Assembly: GCA_964016885.1 (NCBI GenBank)
Contig: OZ024742.1
Location: 63,054,001-63,118,000, forward strand
DNA from: Eledone cirrhosa
Taxonomy: Eukaryota
Direction: 5' to 3'
DNA: 64,000 nt
Shown: positions 52,701 to 64,000 of the stretch, one piece after another
Layout of the letters: each line of letters opens with the position of its first letter
How positions within the stretch are numbered: the stretch's first letter is position 1
Notes under the pieces: model-generated
Told to the model about the DNA's origin: nothing
Database searches by the model: none
The model's input: the letters and a program-made list of their open reading frames with translations, nothing else
Position numbers and translations under genes: made by a program

Positions 52701-55700
52701 CTATCTGTCTCTCATTCAGTCTCTCTTCTCTTAACTTCTTACTACCTGTCTCTCAGTCAGTCTGTCATCTCTTAACTTTTTACTACTTGTCTCTCTTTCA
52801 GTCTCTCTTCTCTTAACTTCTTACTACCTGTCTCTCTGTCAGTCTGTCTTCTATTAACTTCTTGCTACCTGTCTCTCTGTCAGTCTGTCATGTCTTAACT
52901 TCTTACTACCTGTCTCTCAGTCAGTCTGTCTTCTCTTAACTTCTTACTACCTGTCTCTCTGTCAGTCTGTCATCTCTTAACTTCTAACTACCTGTCTCTC
53001 TGTCAGTTTGTCATCTCTTAACTTCTTACTACCTCTCTCTCAGTCAGTCTGTCTTCTCTTAACTTCTTACTACATGTCTCTCTGTCAGTCTGTCTTCTCT
53101 TAACTTCTTACTACCTGTCTCTCTGTCAGTCTGTCATCTCTTAACTTCTTACTACCTGTCTCTCAGTCAGTCTGTCATCTCTTAACTTTTTACTACTTGT
53201 CTCTCTTTCAGTCTCTCTTCTCTTAACTTCTTACTACCTGTCTCTCTGTCAGTCTGTCTTCGATTAATTTCTTGCTACCTGTCTCTCTGTCAGTCTGTCA
53301 TGTCTTAACTTCTTACTACCTGTCTCTCAGTCAGTCTGTCTTCTCTTAACTTCTTACTACCTGTCTCTCAGTCAGTCTGTCTTCTCTTAACTTCTTACTA
53401 CCTGTCTCTCAGTCAGTCTGTCTTCTCTTAACTTCTTACTACCTGTCTCTCTGTCAGTCTGTCATCTCTTAACTTCTTACTACCTGTCTCTCTGTCAGTC
53501 TGTCTTCTCTTAACTTCTTACTACCTGTCTCTCTGTCAGTCTGTCATCTCTTAACTTCTTACTACCTGTCTCTCAGTCAGTCTGTCTTCTCTTAACTTCT
53601 TACTACCTGTCTCTCAGTCAGTCTGTCTTCTCTTAACTTCTTACTACCTGTCTCTCTGTCAGTCAGTCATCTCTTAACTTCTTACTACATGTCTCTCTGT
53701 CAGTCTGTCTTCTCTTAACTTCTTACTACCTGTCTCTCTGTCAGTCTGTCATCTCTTAACTTCTTACTACCTGTCTCTCAGTCAGTCTGTCATCTCTTAA
53801 CTTTTTACTATTTGTCTCTCTTTCAGTCTCTCTTCTCTTAACTTCTTACTACCTGTCTCTCTGTCAGTCTTTCATCTCTTAACTTCTTACTACCTGTCTC
53901 TCTGTCAGTCTGTCTTCTCTTAACTTCTTACTACCTGTCTCACTGTCAGTCAGTCATCTCTTAACTTCTTACTACCTGTCTCTCTGTCAGTCTGTCAGCT
54001 CTTAACTTCTTACTACCTGTCTCTCTGTCAGTCTGTCTTCTATTAACTTCTTGCTACCTGTCTCTCTGTCAGTCTGTCATGTCTTAACTTCTTACTACCT
54101 GTCTCTCTGTCAGTCTGTCATCTCTTAACTTCTAACTACCTGTCTCTCTGTCAGTTTGTCACCTCTTAACTTCTTACTACCTCTCTCTCAGTCAGTCTGT
54201 CTTCTCTTAACTTCTTACTACCTGTCTCTCTGTCAGACTGTCTTCTCTTAACTTCTTACTATCTGTCTCTCTGTCAGTCTCTCATCTCTTAACTTTTTAC
54301 TATTTGTCTATCTTTCAGTCTCTCTTCTCTTAACTTCTTACTACCTGTCTCTCTGTCAGTCTGTCATCTCTTAACTTCTTACTACTTGTCTCTCTGTCAG
54401 TCTGCCATCTCTTAACTTCTAACTACCTGTCTCTCTGTCAGTTTGTCATCTCTTAACTTCTTACTACCTCTCTCTCAGTCAGTCTGTCTTCTCTTAACTT
54501 CTTACTACATGTCTCTCTGTCAGACTGTCTTCTCTTAACTTCTTACTATCTGTCTCTCTGTCAGTCTCTCATCTCTTAACTTTTTACTATTTGTCTATCT
54601 TTCAGTCTCTCTTCTCTTAACTTCTTACTACCTGTCTCTCTGTCAGTCTTTCATCTCTTAACTTCTTACTACCTGTCTCTCTGTCAGTCTGTCTTCTCTT
54701 AACTTCTTACTACCTGTCTCACTGTCAGTCAGTCATCTCTTAACTTCTTACTACCTGTCTCTCTGTCAGTCTGTCAGCTTTTAACTTCTTACTACCTGTC
54801 TCTCTGTCAGTCTGTCTTCTATTAACTTCTTGCTACCTGTCTCTCTGTCAGTCTGTCATGTCTTAACTTCTTACTACCTGTCTCTCTGTCAGTCTGTCAT
54901 CTCTTAACTTCTTACTACCTGTCTCTCTGTCAGTCTGTGTTCTCTTAACTCCTTACTACCTGCCTCTCTGTCAGTCTGTCATCTCTTAACTTCTTACTAA
55001 CTGTCTCTCAGTCAGTCTGTCATCTCTTAAGTTTTTACTACTTGTCTCTCTTTCAGTCTCTCTTCTCTTAACTTCTTACTACCTGTCTCTCTGTCAGTCT
55101 TCCATCTCTTAACTTCTTACTACCTGTCTCTCTGTCAGTCTGTCATCTCTTAACTTCTTACTACCTGTCTCTCTGTCAGTCTGTCATCTCTTAACTACTT
55201 ACTATCTGTCTCTCTGTCAGTCTGTGTTCTCTTAACTCCTTACTACCTGTCTCTCTGTCAGTCTGTCATCTCCTAACTTCTTGCTACATGTCTCTCTGTC
55301 AGTCTCTCTTCTCTTAAATTCTTACTACCTGTCTCTCTGTCAGTCTGTCATCTCTTAACTTCTTACTACCTGTCTCTCTGTCAGTCTGTCTTCTCTTAAC
55401 TTCTTACTACCTGTCTCTCTGTCAGTCTCTCTTCTCTTAACTTCTTACTACCTGTCTCTCAGTCAGTCTGTCATCTCTTAACTTTTTACTATCTGTCTAT
55501 CATTCAGTCTCTCTTCTCTTAACTTCTTACTACCTGTCTCTCTGTCAGTCTGTCATCTCTTAACTTCTTACTACCTGTCTCTCTGTCAGTCTGTCATCTC
55601 TTAACTTCTAACTACCTGTCTCTCTGTCAGTTTGTCATCTCTTAACTTCTTACTACCTCTCTCTCAGTCAGTCTGTCTTCTCTTAACTTCTTACTACCTG

Positions 55701-58029
55701 TCTCTCTGTCAGTCTGTCATCTCTTAACTTCTTATACCTGTCTCTCAGTCAGTCTGTCTTCTCTTAACTTCTTACTACCTGTCTCTCAGTCAGTCTGTCT
55801 TCTCTTAACTTCTTACTAGCTGCCTCTCTGTCAGTCTGTCATCTCTTAACTTCTTACTACCTGTCTCTCTGTCAGTCTGTCTTCTCTTAACTTCTTACTA
55901 CCTGTCTCTCTGTCAGTCTGTCTTCTCTTAACTTCTTACTACCTGTCTCTCTGTCAGTCTGTCATCTCTTAACTTCTTACTACCTGTCTCTCAGTCAGTC
56001 TGTCATCTCTTAACTTTTTACTACTTGTCTCTCTTTCAGTCTCTCTTCTCTTAACTTCTTACTACCTGTCTCTCTGTCAGTCTTTCATCTCTTAACTTCT
56101 TACTACCTGTCTCTCTGTCAGTCTGTCTTCTCTTAACTTCTTACAACCTGTCTCACTGTCAGTCTGTCATCTCTTAACTTCTTACTACCTGTCTCTCTGT
56201 CAGTCTGTCTTCTATTAACTTCTTGCTACCTGTCTCTCTGTCAGTCTGTCATGTCTTAACTTCTTACTACCTGTCTCTCTGTCAGTCTGTCATCTCTTAA
56301 CTTCTTACTACCTGTCTCTCTGTCAGTCTGTCTTCTCTTAACTTCTTACTACATGTCTCTCTGTCAGTCTGTCATCTCTTAACTTCTTACTACCTGTCTC
56401 TCAGTCAGTCTGTCATCTCTTAACTTTTTACTACTTGTCTCTCTTTCAGTCTGTCTTCTCTTAACTTCTTACTACCTGTCTCTCTGTCAGTCTGTCATCT
56501 CTTAACTTCTTACTATCTGTCTCTCTGTCAGTCTGTCTTCTCTTAACTTCTTAATACATGTCTCTCTATCAGTCTGTCTTCTCTTAACTTCTTACTACCT
56601 GTCTCTCTGTCAGTCTGTCATCTCTTAACTTCTTACTATCTGTCTCTCTGTCAGTCTGTGTTCTCTTAACTCCTTACTACCTGCCTCTCTGTCAGTCTGT
56701 CATCTCTTAACTTCTTACTACCTGTCTCTCTGTCAGTCTGTCTTCTCTTAACTTCTTACTACCTGTCTCTCAGTCAGTCTGTCTTCTCTTAACTTCTTAC
56801 TACCTGCCTCTCTGTCAGTCTGTCATCTCTTAACTTCTTATTACCTGTCTCTCCGTCAGTCTGTCTTCTCTTAACTTCTTACTACCTCTCTCTCTGTCAG
56901 TCTGTCTTCTCTTAACTTCTTACTACCTGTCTCTCTGTCAGTCTGTCATCTCTTAACTTCTTACTACCTGTCTCTCAGTCAGTCTGTCATCTCTTAACTT
57001 CTTCCTACCTGTCTCTCAGTCAGTCTGTCTTCTCTTAACTTCTTACTACCTGTCTCTCTGTCAGTCTGTCATCTCTTAACTTCTTACTACATGTCTCTCT
57101 GTCACTCTGTCTTCTCTTAACTTCTTACTACCTGTCTCTCTGTCAGTCTGTCATCTCTTAACTTCTTACTACCTGTCTCTCAGTCAGTCTGTCATCTCTT
57201 AACTTTTTACTACTTGACTCTCTTTCAGTCTCTCTTCTCTTAACTTCTTACTACCTGTCTCTCTGTGAGTCTGTCTTCTATTAACTTCTTGCTACCTGTC
57301 TCTCTGTCAGTCTGTCATGTCTTAACTTCTTACTACCTGTCTCTCAGTCAGTCTGTCTTCTCTTAACTTCTTACTACCTGTCTCTCAGTCAGTCTGTCTT
57401 CTCTTAACTTCTTACTACCTGCCTCTCTGTCAGTCTGTCTTCTCTTAACTTCTTACTACCTGTCTCTCTGTCAGTCTGTCATCTCTTAACTTCTTACTAC
57501 CTGTCTCTCAGTCAGTCTGTCTTCTCTTAACTTCTTACTACCTGTCTCTCTGTCAGTCTGTCATCTCTTAACTTCTTACTACATGTCTCTCTGTCAGTCT
57601 GTCTTCTCTTAACTTCTTACTACCTGTCTCTCTGTCAGTCTGTCATCTCTTAACTTCTTACTACCTGTCTCTCAGTCAGTCTGTCATCTCTTAACTTCGT
57701 ACTACCTGTCTCTCTGTCAGTCTGTCATCTCTTAACTTCTAACTACCTGTCTCTCTGTCAGTTTGTCATCTCTTAACTTCTTACTACCTCTCTCTCAGTC
57801 AGTCTGTCTTCTCTTAACTTCTTACTACCTGTCTCTCTGTCAGTCTGTCATCTCTTAACTTCTTACTACCTGTCTCTCAGTCAGTCTGTCTTCTCTTAAC
57901 TTCTTACTACCTGTCTCTCAGTCAGTCTGTCTTCTCTTAACTTCTTACTACCTGTCTCTCCGTCAGTCAGTCATCTCTTAACTTCTTACTACATGTCTCT
58001 CTGTCAGTCTGTCTTCTCTTAACTTCTTA

Positions 58030-61000
58030 CTACCTGTCTCTCTGTCAGTCTGTCATCTCTTAACTTCTTACTACCTGTCTCTCAGTCAGTCTGTCATCTC
58101 TTAACTTTTTACTATTTGTCTCTCTTTCAGTCTCTCTTCTCTTAACTTCTTACTACCTGTCTCTCTGTCAGTCTGTCATCTCTTAACTTCTTACTACCTG
58201 TCTCTCAGTGAGTCTGTCTTCTCTTAACTTCTTACTACCTGTCTCTCAGTCAGTCTGTCTTCTCTTAACTTCTTACTACCTGTCTCTCTGTCAGTCTGTC
58301 ATCTCTTAACTTCTTACTACATGTCTCTCTGTCAGTCTGTCTTCTCTTAACTTCTTACTACCTGTCTCTCTGTCAGTCTGTCATCTCTTAACTTCTTACT
58401 ACCTGTCTCTCAGTCAGTCTGTCATCTCTTAACTTTTTACTACTTGTCTCTCTTTCAGTCTCTCTTCTCTTAACTTCTTACTACCTGTCTCTCTGTCAGT
58501 CTGTCTTCTATTAACTTCTTGCTACCTGTCTCTCTGTCAGTCTGTCATGTCTTAACTTCTTACTACCTGTCTCTCAGTCAGTCTGTCTTCTCTTAACTTC
58601 TTACTACCTGTCTCTCAGTCAGTCTGTCTTCTCTTAACTTCTTACTACCTGTCTCTCAGTCAGTCTGTCTTCTCTTAACTTCTTACTACCTGTCTCTCTG
58701 TCAGTCTGTCATCTCTTAACTTCTTACTACCTGTCTCTCTGTCAGTCTGTCTTCTCTTAACTTCTTACTACCTGTCTCTCTGTCAGTCTGTCATCTCTTA
58801 ACTTCTTACTACCTGTCTCTCAGTCAGTCTGTCTTCTCTTAACTTCTTACTACCTGTCTGTCAGTCAGTCTGTCTTCTCTTAACTTCTTACTACCTGTCT
58901 CTCTGTCAGTCAGTCATCTCTTAACTTCTTACTACATGTCTCTCTGTCAGTCTGTCTTCTCTTAACTTCTTACTACCTGTCTCTCTGTCAGTCTGTCATC
59001 TCTTAACTTCTTACTACCTGTCTCTCAGTCAGTCTGTCATCTCTTAACTTTTTACTATTTGTCTCTCTTTCAGTCTCTCTTCTCTTAACTTCTTACTACC
59101 TGTCTCTCTGTCAGTCTTTCATCTCTTAACTTCTTACTACCTGTCTCTCTGTCAGTCTGTCTTCTCTTAACTTCTTACTACCTGTCTCACTGTCAGTCAG
59201 TCATCTCTTAACTTCTTACTACCTGTCTCTCTGTCAGTCTGTCAGCTCTTAACTTCTTACTACCTGTCTCTCTGTCAGTCTGTCTTCTATTAACTTCTTG
59301 CTACCTGTCTCTCTGTCAGTCTGTCATCTCTTAACTTCTTACTACCTGTCTCTCAGTCAGTCTGTCATCTCTTAACTTTTTACTATTTGTCTCTCTTTCA
59401 GTCTCTCTTCTCTTAACTTCTTACTACCTGTCTCTCTGTCAGTCTGTCATCTCTTAACTTCTTACTACCTGTCTCTCAGTGAGTCTGTCTTCTCTTAACT
59501 TCTTACTACCTGTCTCTCAGTCAGTCTGTCTTCTCTTAACTTCTTACTACCTGTCTCTCTGTCAGTCTGTAATCTCTTAACTTCTTACTACATGTCTCTC
59601 TGTCAGTCTGTCTTCTCTTAACTTCTTACTACCTGTCTCTCTGTCAGTCTGTCATCTCTTAACTTCTTACTACCTGTCTCTCAGTCAGTCTGTCATCTCT
59701 TAACTTTTTACTACTTGTCTCTCTTTCAGTCTCTCTTCTCTTAACTTCTTACTACCTGTCTCTCTGTCAGTCTGTCTTCTATTAACTTCTTGCTACCTGT
59801 CTCTCTGTCAGTCTGTCATGTCTTAACTTCTTACTACCTGTCTCTCAGTCAGTCTGTCTTCTCTTAACTTCTTACTACCTGTCTCTCAGTCAGTCTGTCT
59901 TCTCTTAACTTCTTACTACCTGTCTCTCAGTCAGTCTGTCTTCTCTTAACTTCTTACTACCTGTCTCTCTGTCAGTCTGTCATCTCTTAACTTCTTACTA
60001 CCTGTCTCTCTGTCAGTCTGTCTTCTCTTAACTTCTTACTACCTGTCTCTCTGTCAGTCTGTCATCTCTTAACTTCTTACTACCTGTCTCTCAGTCAGTC
60101 TGTCTTCTCTTAACTTCTTACTACCTGTCTGTCAGTCAGTCTGTCTTTTCTTAACTTCTTACTACCTGTCTCTCTGTCAGTCAGTCATCTCTTAACTTCT
60201 TACTACATGTCTCTCTGTCAGTCTGTCTTCTCTTAACTTCTTACTACCTGTCTCTCTGTCAGTCTGTCATCTCTTAACTTCTTACTACCTGTCTCTCAGT
60301 CAGTCTGTCATCTCTTAACTTTTTACTATTTGTCTCTCTTTCAGTCTCTCTTCTCTTAACTTCTTACTACCTGTCTCTCTGTCAGTCTTTCATCTCTTAA
60401 CTTCTTACTACCTGTCTCTCTGTCAGTCTGTCTTCTCTTAACTTCTTACTACCTGTCTCACTGTCAGTCAGTCATCTCTTAACTTCTTACTACCTGTCTC
60501 TCTGTCAGTCTGTCAGCTCTTAACTTCTTACTACCTGTCTCTCTGTCAGTCTGTCTTCTATTAACTTCTTGCTACCTGTCTCTCTGTCAGTCTGTCATGT
60601 CTTAACTTCTTACTACCTGTCTCTCTGTCAGTCTGTCATCTCTTAACTTCTTACTACCTGTCTCTCTGTCAGTCTGTCTTCTCTTAACTTCTTACTACAT
60701 GTCTCTCTGTCAGTCTGTCTTCTCTTAACTTCTTACTACCTGTCTCTCTGTCAGTCTTTCATCTCTTAACTTCTTACTATCTGTCTCTCATTCAGTCTGT
60801 CTTCTCTTAAATTCTTACTACCTGTCTCTCTGTCAGTGTGTCATCTCTTAACTTCTTACTACCTGTCTCTCTGTCAGTCTGTCATCTCTTAACTTTTTAC
60901 TATCTGTCTCTCTGTCAGTCTGCCATCTCTTAACTTCTAACTACCTGTCTCTCTGTCAGTTTGTCATCTCTTAACTTCTTACTACCTCTCTCTCAGTCAG

Positions 61001-62270
61001 TCTGTCTTCGCTTAACTTCTTACAACCTGTCTCACTGTCAGTCTGTCATGTCTTAACATCTTACTACCTGTCTCTCAGTCAGTCTGTCTTCTCTTAACTT
61101 CTTACTACCTGTCTCTCAGTCAGTCTGTCTTCTCTTAACTTCTTACTACCTGTCTCTCAGTCAGTCTGTCTTCTCTTAACTTCTTACTACCTGTCTCTCT
61201 GTCAGTCTGTCATCTCTTAACTTCTTACTACCTGTCTCTCTGTCAGTCTGTCTTCTCTTAACTTCTTACTACCTGTCTCTCTGTCAGTCTGTCATCTCTT
61301 AACTTCTTACTACCTGTCTCTCAGTCAGTCTGTCTTCTCTTAACTTCTTACTACCTGTCTGTCAGTCAGTCTGTCTTCTCTTAACTTCTTACTACCTGTC
61401 TCTCTGTCAGTCAGTCATCTCTTAACTTCTTACTACATGTCTCTCTGTCAGTCTGTCTTCTCTTAACTTCTTACTACCTGTCTCTCTGTCAGTCTGTCAT
61501 CTCTTAACTTCTTACTACCTGTCTCTCAGTCAGTCTGTCATCTCTTAACTTTTTACTATTTGTCTCTCTTTCAGTCTCTCTTCTCTTAACTTCTTACTAC
61601 CTGTCTCTCTGTCAGTCTTTCATCTCTTAACTTCTTACTACCTGTCTCTCTGTCAGTCTGTCTTCTCTTAACTTCTTACTACCTGTCTCACTGTCAGTCA
61701 GTCATCTCTTAACTTCTTACTACCTGTCTCTCTGTCAGTCTGTCAGCTCTTAACTTCTTACTACCTGTCTCTCTGTCAGTCTGTCTTCTATTAACTTCTT
61801 GCTACCTGTCTCTCTGTCAGTCTGTCATGTCTTAACTTCTTACTACCTGTCTCTCTGTCAGTCTGTCATCTCTTAACTTCTTACTACCTGTCTCTCTGTC
61901 AGTCTGTCTTCTCTTAACTTCTTACTACATGTCTCTCTGTCAGTCTGTCTTCTCTTAACTTCTTACTACCTGTCTCTCTGTCAGTCTTTCATCTCTTAAC
62001 TTCTTACTATCTGTCTCTCATTCAGTCTGTCTTCTCTTAAATTCTTACTACCTGTCTCTCTGTCAGTGTGTCATCTCTTAACTTCTTACTACCTGTCTCT
62101 CTGTCAGTCTGTCATCTCTTAACTTTTTACTATCTGTCTCTCTGTCAGTCTGCCATCTCTTAACTTCTAACTACCTGTCTCTCTGTCAGTTTGTCATCTC
62201 TTAACTTCTTACTACCTCTCTCTCAGTCAGTCTGTCTTCGCTTAACTTCTTACAACCTGTCTCACTGTCA
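58030..62270. repeat. Higher-order repeat, ~3 copies with 31- then 30-monomer period
   Basis: Private variant ACCTGTCTGTCAGTCAG G at 58860, 60131 and 61361 (1,271 = 31x41; 1,230 = 30x41). CTCAGTGAGT at ~58205 and ~59476. TAAATTC/CAGTGTGTC/CTGCCATC at ~60810-60925 and ~62040-62155. Confidence 0.86.
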
Positions 62271-64000
62271 GTCTGTCATCTCTTAACTTCTTACTACCTG
62301 TCTCTCTGTCAGTCTGTCATCTCTTAACTTCTTTCTACCTGTCTCTCTGTCAGTCTGTCTTCTATTAACTTCTTGCTACCTGTCTCTCTGTCAGTCTGTC
62401 ATGTCTTAACTTCTTACTACCTGTCTCTCTGTCAGTCTGTCATCTCTTAACTTCTTACTACCTGTCTCTCTGTCAGTCTGTCTTCTCTTAACTTCTTACT
62501 ACATGTCTCTCTGTCAGTCTGTCTTCTCTTAACTTCTTACTATCTGTCTCTCTGTCAGTCTGTGTTCTCTTAACTCCTTACTACCTGTCTCTCTGTCAGT
62601 CTGTCATCTCTTAACTTCTTACTACCTGTCTCTCTGTCAGTCTGTCTTCTATTAACTTCTTACTACCTGTCTCTCTGTCAGTCTGTCATGTCTTAACTTC
62701 TTACTACCTGTCTCTCTGTCAGTCTGTCTTCTCTTAACTTCTTACTACATGTCTCTCTGTCAGACTGTCTTCTCTTAACTTCTTACTATCTGTCTCTCTG
62801 TCAGTCTCTCATCTCTTAACTTTTTACTATTTGTCTCTCTTTCAGTCTCTCTTCTCTTAACTTCTTACTACCTGTCTCTCTGTCAGTCTTTCATCTCTTA
62901 ACTTCTTACTACCTGTCTCTCTGTCAGTCTGTCATCTCTTAACTTCTTACTACCTGTCTCTCTGTCAGTCTGTCTTCTCTTAACTTCTTACTACCTGTCT
63001 CTCTGTCAGTCTGTCTTCTATTAACTTTTTACTACCTGTCTCTCAGTCAGTCTGTCTTCTCTTAACTTCTTACTACTTGCCTCTCCGTCAGTCAGTCATC
63101 TCTTAACTTCTTACTACCTGTCTCTCTGTCAGTCTGTCTTCTCTTAACTTCTTACTAGCTCTCTCTCTGTCAGTCTGTCTTCTCTTAACTTCTTACTACC
63201 TGTCTCTCTGTCAGTCTGTCATCTCTTAACTTCTTACTACCTGTCTCTCAGTCAGTCTGTCTTCTCTTAACTTCTTACTACCTGTCTCTCTGTCAGTCTG
63301 TCATCTCTTAACTTCTTACTACATGTCTCTCTGTCAGTCTGTCTTCTCTTAACTTCTTACTACCTGTCTCTCTGTCAGTCTGTCATCTCTTAACTTCTTA
63401 CTACCTGTCTCTCAGTCAGTCTCTCTTCTCTTAACTTCTTACTACCTGTCTCTCAGTCAGTCTGTCTTCTCTTAACTTCTTACTAACTGTCTCTCTGTCA
63501 GTCTGTCTTCTCTTAACTTCTTACTACCTGTCTCTCTGTCAGTCTGTCATCTCTTAACTTCTAACTACCTGTCTCTCTGTCAGTTTGTCATCTCTTAACT
63601 TCTTACTACCTCTCTGTCAGTCAGTCTGTCTTCTCTTAACTTCTTACTACCTGTCTCTCTGTCAGTCTGTCTTCGCTTAACTTCTTACAACCTGTCTCAC
63701 TGTCAGTCTGTCATCTCTTAACTTCTTACTACCTGTCTCTCTGTCAGTCTGTCATCTCTTAACTTCTTACTACCTGTCTCTCTGTCAGTCTGTCTTCTAT
63801 TAACTTCTTGCTACCTGTCTCTCTGTCAGTCTGTCATGTCTTAACTTCTTACTACCTGCCTCTCTGTCAGTCTGTCATCTCTTAACTTCTTACTACCTGT
63901 CTCTCTGTCAGTCTGTCTTCTCTTAACTTCTTACTACATGTCTCTCTGTCAGTCTGTCTTCTCTTAACTTCTTACTATCTGTCTTTCTGTCAGTCTGTGT

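Larger units (their letters stand above)
1..64000. repeat. 41-bp tandem satellite array, ~1,560 head-to-tail monomers, consensus TAACTTCTTACTACCTGTCTCTCTGTCAGTCTGTCWTCTCT; runs off both window edges
   Basis: TAACTTCTT recurs at 1, 42, 83 and onward. Phase checked every 2,460 bp (60 monomers): exact at 2461, 4921, 7381, 9841, 12301 and 14761, then offset by +1, +4, +5 and +4, which four visible indels fully explain. No non-monomer sequence seen. Confidence 0.99.

Noticed and set aside
1-64000. CRISPR array
   Set aside because: Monomers abut directly with no unique spacers, there is no palindromic repeat, and no leader or cas genes are present.
1-64000. Repetitive protein-coding ORF on either strand
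   Set aside because: 41 is not a multiple of 3, so the + strand TAA hits every frame once per 123 bp. The minus strand has TGA, TAG and two TAA per monomer. Rare stop-removing variants extend a frame by only about one cycle.
1-64000. Telomeric repeat or simple microsatellite
   Set aside because: There is no G-run telomere motif, the CT runs are only a few units long, and the true period is 41 bp.
1-64000. G-quadruplex, i-motif, cruciform or H-DNA
   Set aside because: The consensus has no G or C run of 3 or more and no long inverted repeat. Pyrimidine tracts are interrupted by purines every few bases.
1-64000. Pure sequencing or assembly artefact, or synthetic concatemer
   Set aside because: Nested, heritable variant patterns and stepwise mutation series fit real evolution. 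Individual near-identical duplications could still be misassembled.
1-64000. Hidden transposon, inversion or unique-sequence island
   Set aside because: The monomer phase is accounted for at every 2,460-bp checkpoint, and I saw no purine-rich or non-monomer stretch.

Overview
The whole 64 kb window is one uninterrupted, single-orientation tandem satellite of about 1,560 copies of a 41-bp monomer, consensus TAACTTCTTACTACCTGTCTCTCTGTCAGTCTGTC(A/T)TCTCT. The consensus is about 41% GC, about 77% pyrimidine on the + strand, and has no CpG. I found no genes, RNA genes, transposon insertions, inversions or CRISPR spacers. It is most likely eukaryotic satellite or heterochromatic DNA, but I do not recognise the family or species. 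What is informative is the variant pattern. Monomer length is almost perfectly conserved, with only four phase-shifting indels found. Linked variant 'words' are reshuffled, and there is a nested patchwork of local higher-order duplications with changing periods (7, 17, 29-31, 55, 58/59, 79/83, 85, 102/144 and 117 monomers). Stepwise mutation series allow a relative ordering of the blocks. All periods were measured by eye from rare marker variants, so block boundaries are approximate. I see no evidence for a new protein-coding or RNA system.
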